Below the pieces are notes generated by a model. That model did not search any database, was not told the origin of the DNA, and saw only the letters and a program-made list of their open reading frames with translations. The translations under genes were made by a program, and so were the position numbers. This document shows, piece by piece, positions 23,611 to 25,040 of a stretch of 25,040 nt of DNA. Source of the DNA: Candidatus Thorarchaeota archaeon (lineage in GTDB: Archaea; Asgardarchaeota; Thorarchaeia; Thorarchaeales; Thorarchaeaceae); contig JBHLRZ010000031.1 in assembly GCA_048882045.1 (NCBI GenBank), positions 15,675-40,714 of the forward strand, in the 5' to 3' direction. Each line of letters opens with the position of its first letter. The first letter of the stretch is position 1.

Positions 23611-23925
23611 TCGCTCTTCAGGACTATGGCAGGGAGATTTCCAGATGGGGAAATCATGTTTGATAGTAGTTCAGCACGGGGAAACTGGTTCGTCAACAGA
23701 CGCTTCAAAAAGTTTGGTGTGGAAGGAATCGAACATAAATTTGAGGCAAAGAGCCAGAAACAGATTGAGGGATGGTCATCTGGAATTCAGATAGTTGACT
23801 GGTACCCCTTTTTCTCTCGCATAGAAAAGAACCATGCATGGAGCAGGCGGACTAGTTTCTTGATGGCATTAAATGCAAGATTCGAGCTTGCCAAATTCAT
23901 CCATGTTAGATTCAGAGAAAATTGA
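23611..23925 (+). pseudogene. C-terminal fragment of a class I SAM methyltransferase (LCM/TcmP/YktD-like)
   Basis: SLFRTMAGRFPDGEIMFD...IHVRF matches the C-terminal third of this family. The SAM-binding N-terminus is absent and there is an in-frame TAA about 55 nt upstream of 23611. Confidence 0.7.
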
Positions 23926-24024
23926 ATGTTGGACATCTTCTTGTCCAGTAATCGGACAATAAGGAGGGAGGAAAACACGTCCCGAAAGAAGTAAATCGAG
24001 TGGACTTGATTCTGAGAACCAACA

Positions 24025-24840
24025 ATGAACAAGAAACAGAAACATGTAGTTGAGCTGTGTGAAATTATCACAAACTCATCCAAAAGAAAAGTCCAAGATG
24101 AATTATTCAGATATATCATCACTAATAGTAATTTGCCAGGACCCAGAGGGAACCTAGAACTTGCTTCAGCATTTGAAGAAACAATTTCCAATCAAATCTC
24201 AAAAGACTCAGTCGAGGATCTCTGGGAACTATGTTCATTTATGTCTAATATCTCAGCTGCAGAGGCACCAGTAAATGATCCAAAGGAATTCATAGCATTC
24301 TGTGGAACCAGAGGATTGGGTGCAATAGGAGCAGCACTACTAGAATATCAAGAGAAAACGCTCTTCCGCCTCCGAACTCTGGCACAGGATTCTCGATGGC
24401 GTATGCGCGAAGCAGTTGCTATGGCTCTGCAAAAGTTGCTTTCTAGTGGTAATATCAAGATTCGGAAAGAATTGGTAGATTGGATCGAACAGGACGATTG
24501 GTTGGTGGTCCGCGCAGTCATGACTGGTGTTGCAGAACCCAGTCTATTGATGAATACCGGGTTTGCAGAGTGGGCACTTGATGCGCATACGAAGGTCCTT
24601 GACAAGATAAGAGCTTCATCAGATCGCAAGTCAGATGAGTTCAGAACTTTACGCAAGGCATTAGGTTACACACTTAGCGTTGTAGTGAAGGCTATTCCTT
24701 CAACAGGGTTCCGAACTCTCGAGGAACAAATCAAAATGAATGATGCTGATATAGGATGGATTGTCAAAGAGAATCTCAAGAAGAAACGACTTGTATCCAA
24801 TTTCCCAGAAGAGGTTGATAAACTTGCTAAGGTTCTTTGA
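24025..24840 (+). CDS. HEAT/ARM-repeat hypothetical protein (SNLPGPRGNLELA family)
   Basis: SNLPGPRGNLELA, LAQDSRWRMREAVAMALQ, RTLRKALGY and WIVKENLKKKRL helical repeats. Confidence 0.75.
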   Translation: MNKKQKHVVELCEIITNSSKRKVQDELFRYIITNSNLPGPRGNLELASAFEETISNQISKDSVEDLWELCSFMSNISAAEAPVNDPKEFIAFCGTRGLGAIGAALLEYQEKTLFRLRTLAQDSRWRMREAVAMALQKLLSSGNIKIRKELVDWIEQDDWLVVRAVMTGVAEPSLLMNTGFAEWALDAHTKVLDKIRASSDRKSDEFRTLRKALGYTLSVVVKAIPSTGFRTLEEQIKMNDADIGWIVKENLKKKRLVSNFPEEVDKLAKVL

Positions 24841-24902
24841 TAGATATTCTCAGGAGTAAACAAGAAGGTTAAAATTCAAGATTCCATCATACTTACAACT
24901 TG

Positions 24903-24918
24903 CTCAGAAATTTCTGAG
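24903..24918. promoter_or_regulatory. Perfect 16-bp palindrome overlapping the ribosome-binding site (putative operator or hairpin)
   Basis: CTCAGAAATTTCTGAG is its own reverse complement, and its last 3 nt begin the GAGGTG SD. Confidence 0.4.
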
Positions 24919-24929
24919 GTGTGAGTTCT

Positions 24930-25040
24930 ATGTTTATTGGACATTACGGCATAGCCTTCGCTTTAAAGAAATATGCAACCAAGACATCGCTTGGCATCCT
25001 GTTCATTGCAGTCCAACTAGTGGATATCGCGTTCTTTATC
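24930..25040 (+). CDS. Membrane-bound metal-dependent hydrolase (YdjM-like), 3'-truncated by the window edge
   Basis: Not in the ORF track. Reads MFIGHYGIAFALKKYATKTSLGILFIAVQLVDIAFFI with a GAGGTG SD at 24916-24921; the MFIGH...QLxD start is characteristic. Confidence 0.75.
   Translation, partial: MFIGHYGIAFALKKYATKTSLGILFIAVQLVDIAFFI

Noticed and set aside
23787-24191. 134-aa hydrophobic minus-strand ORF
   Set aside because: It is antisense to two better-supported plus-strand coding regions; its hydrophobicity reflects the A-rich opposite strand.
1-25040. Selenocysteine or pyrrolysine read-through in redox genes (OsmC, thioredoxin-like, DUF3795, MetE-like)
   Set aside because: These ORFs are full length with Cys codons at the catalytic sites, and nothing after their stops looks like a continuing domain.
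1-25040. tRNA, rRNA or CRISPR array
   Set aside because: Intergenic gaps are short (about 140 nt at most), and I saw no cloverleaf with a T-loop motif or regularly spaced direct repeats.

Overview
Gene-dense archaeal chromosomal segment with about 29 coding regions and no rRNA, tRNA, CRISPR array or intact mobile element that I can see. An archaeal PriL, GGTGA/GAGGT Shine-Dalgarno motifs, frequent GTG/TTG starts, very large double-FtsX permeases and the gene mix suggest an Asgard archaeon, possibly Thorarchaeia; this taxonomy is inferred, not established. Left to right: partial amidohydrolase, Mut7-C RNase, OsmC, Zn-dependent dehydrogenase, small Toprim protein, a four-gene type VII (MacB/FtsX/LolD-like) ABC operon, MobB, OGG1-type glycosylase, PriL preceded by a small Zn-ribbon gene, SAM methyltransferase, thioredoxin-like protein, DUF3795, DUF763, MBL hydrolase, two TPR genes, HAD hydrolase, a surface-anchored protein, a chagasin-like protein, a second methyltransferase, an ICMT/PEMT protein, a MetE-core (MesC-like) protein, a scar where two gene 3' ends meet back to back, a HEAT-repeat protein and a partial membrane hydrolase. 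I cannot prove a new system from sequence alone. The best candidates are (1) the ABC operon with two glycosylation-sequon-rich permeases and an ATPase fused to AbrB-like and zinc-ribbon modules, (2) the Zn-ribbon gene coupled to priL, (3) the HxH-variant core methionine synthase and (4) the deletion or junction scar near 23610.
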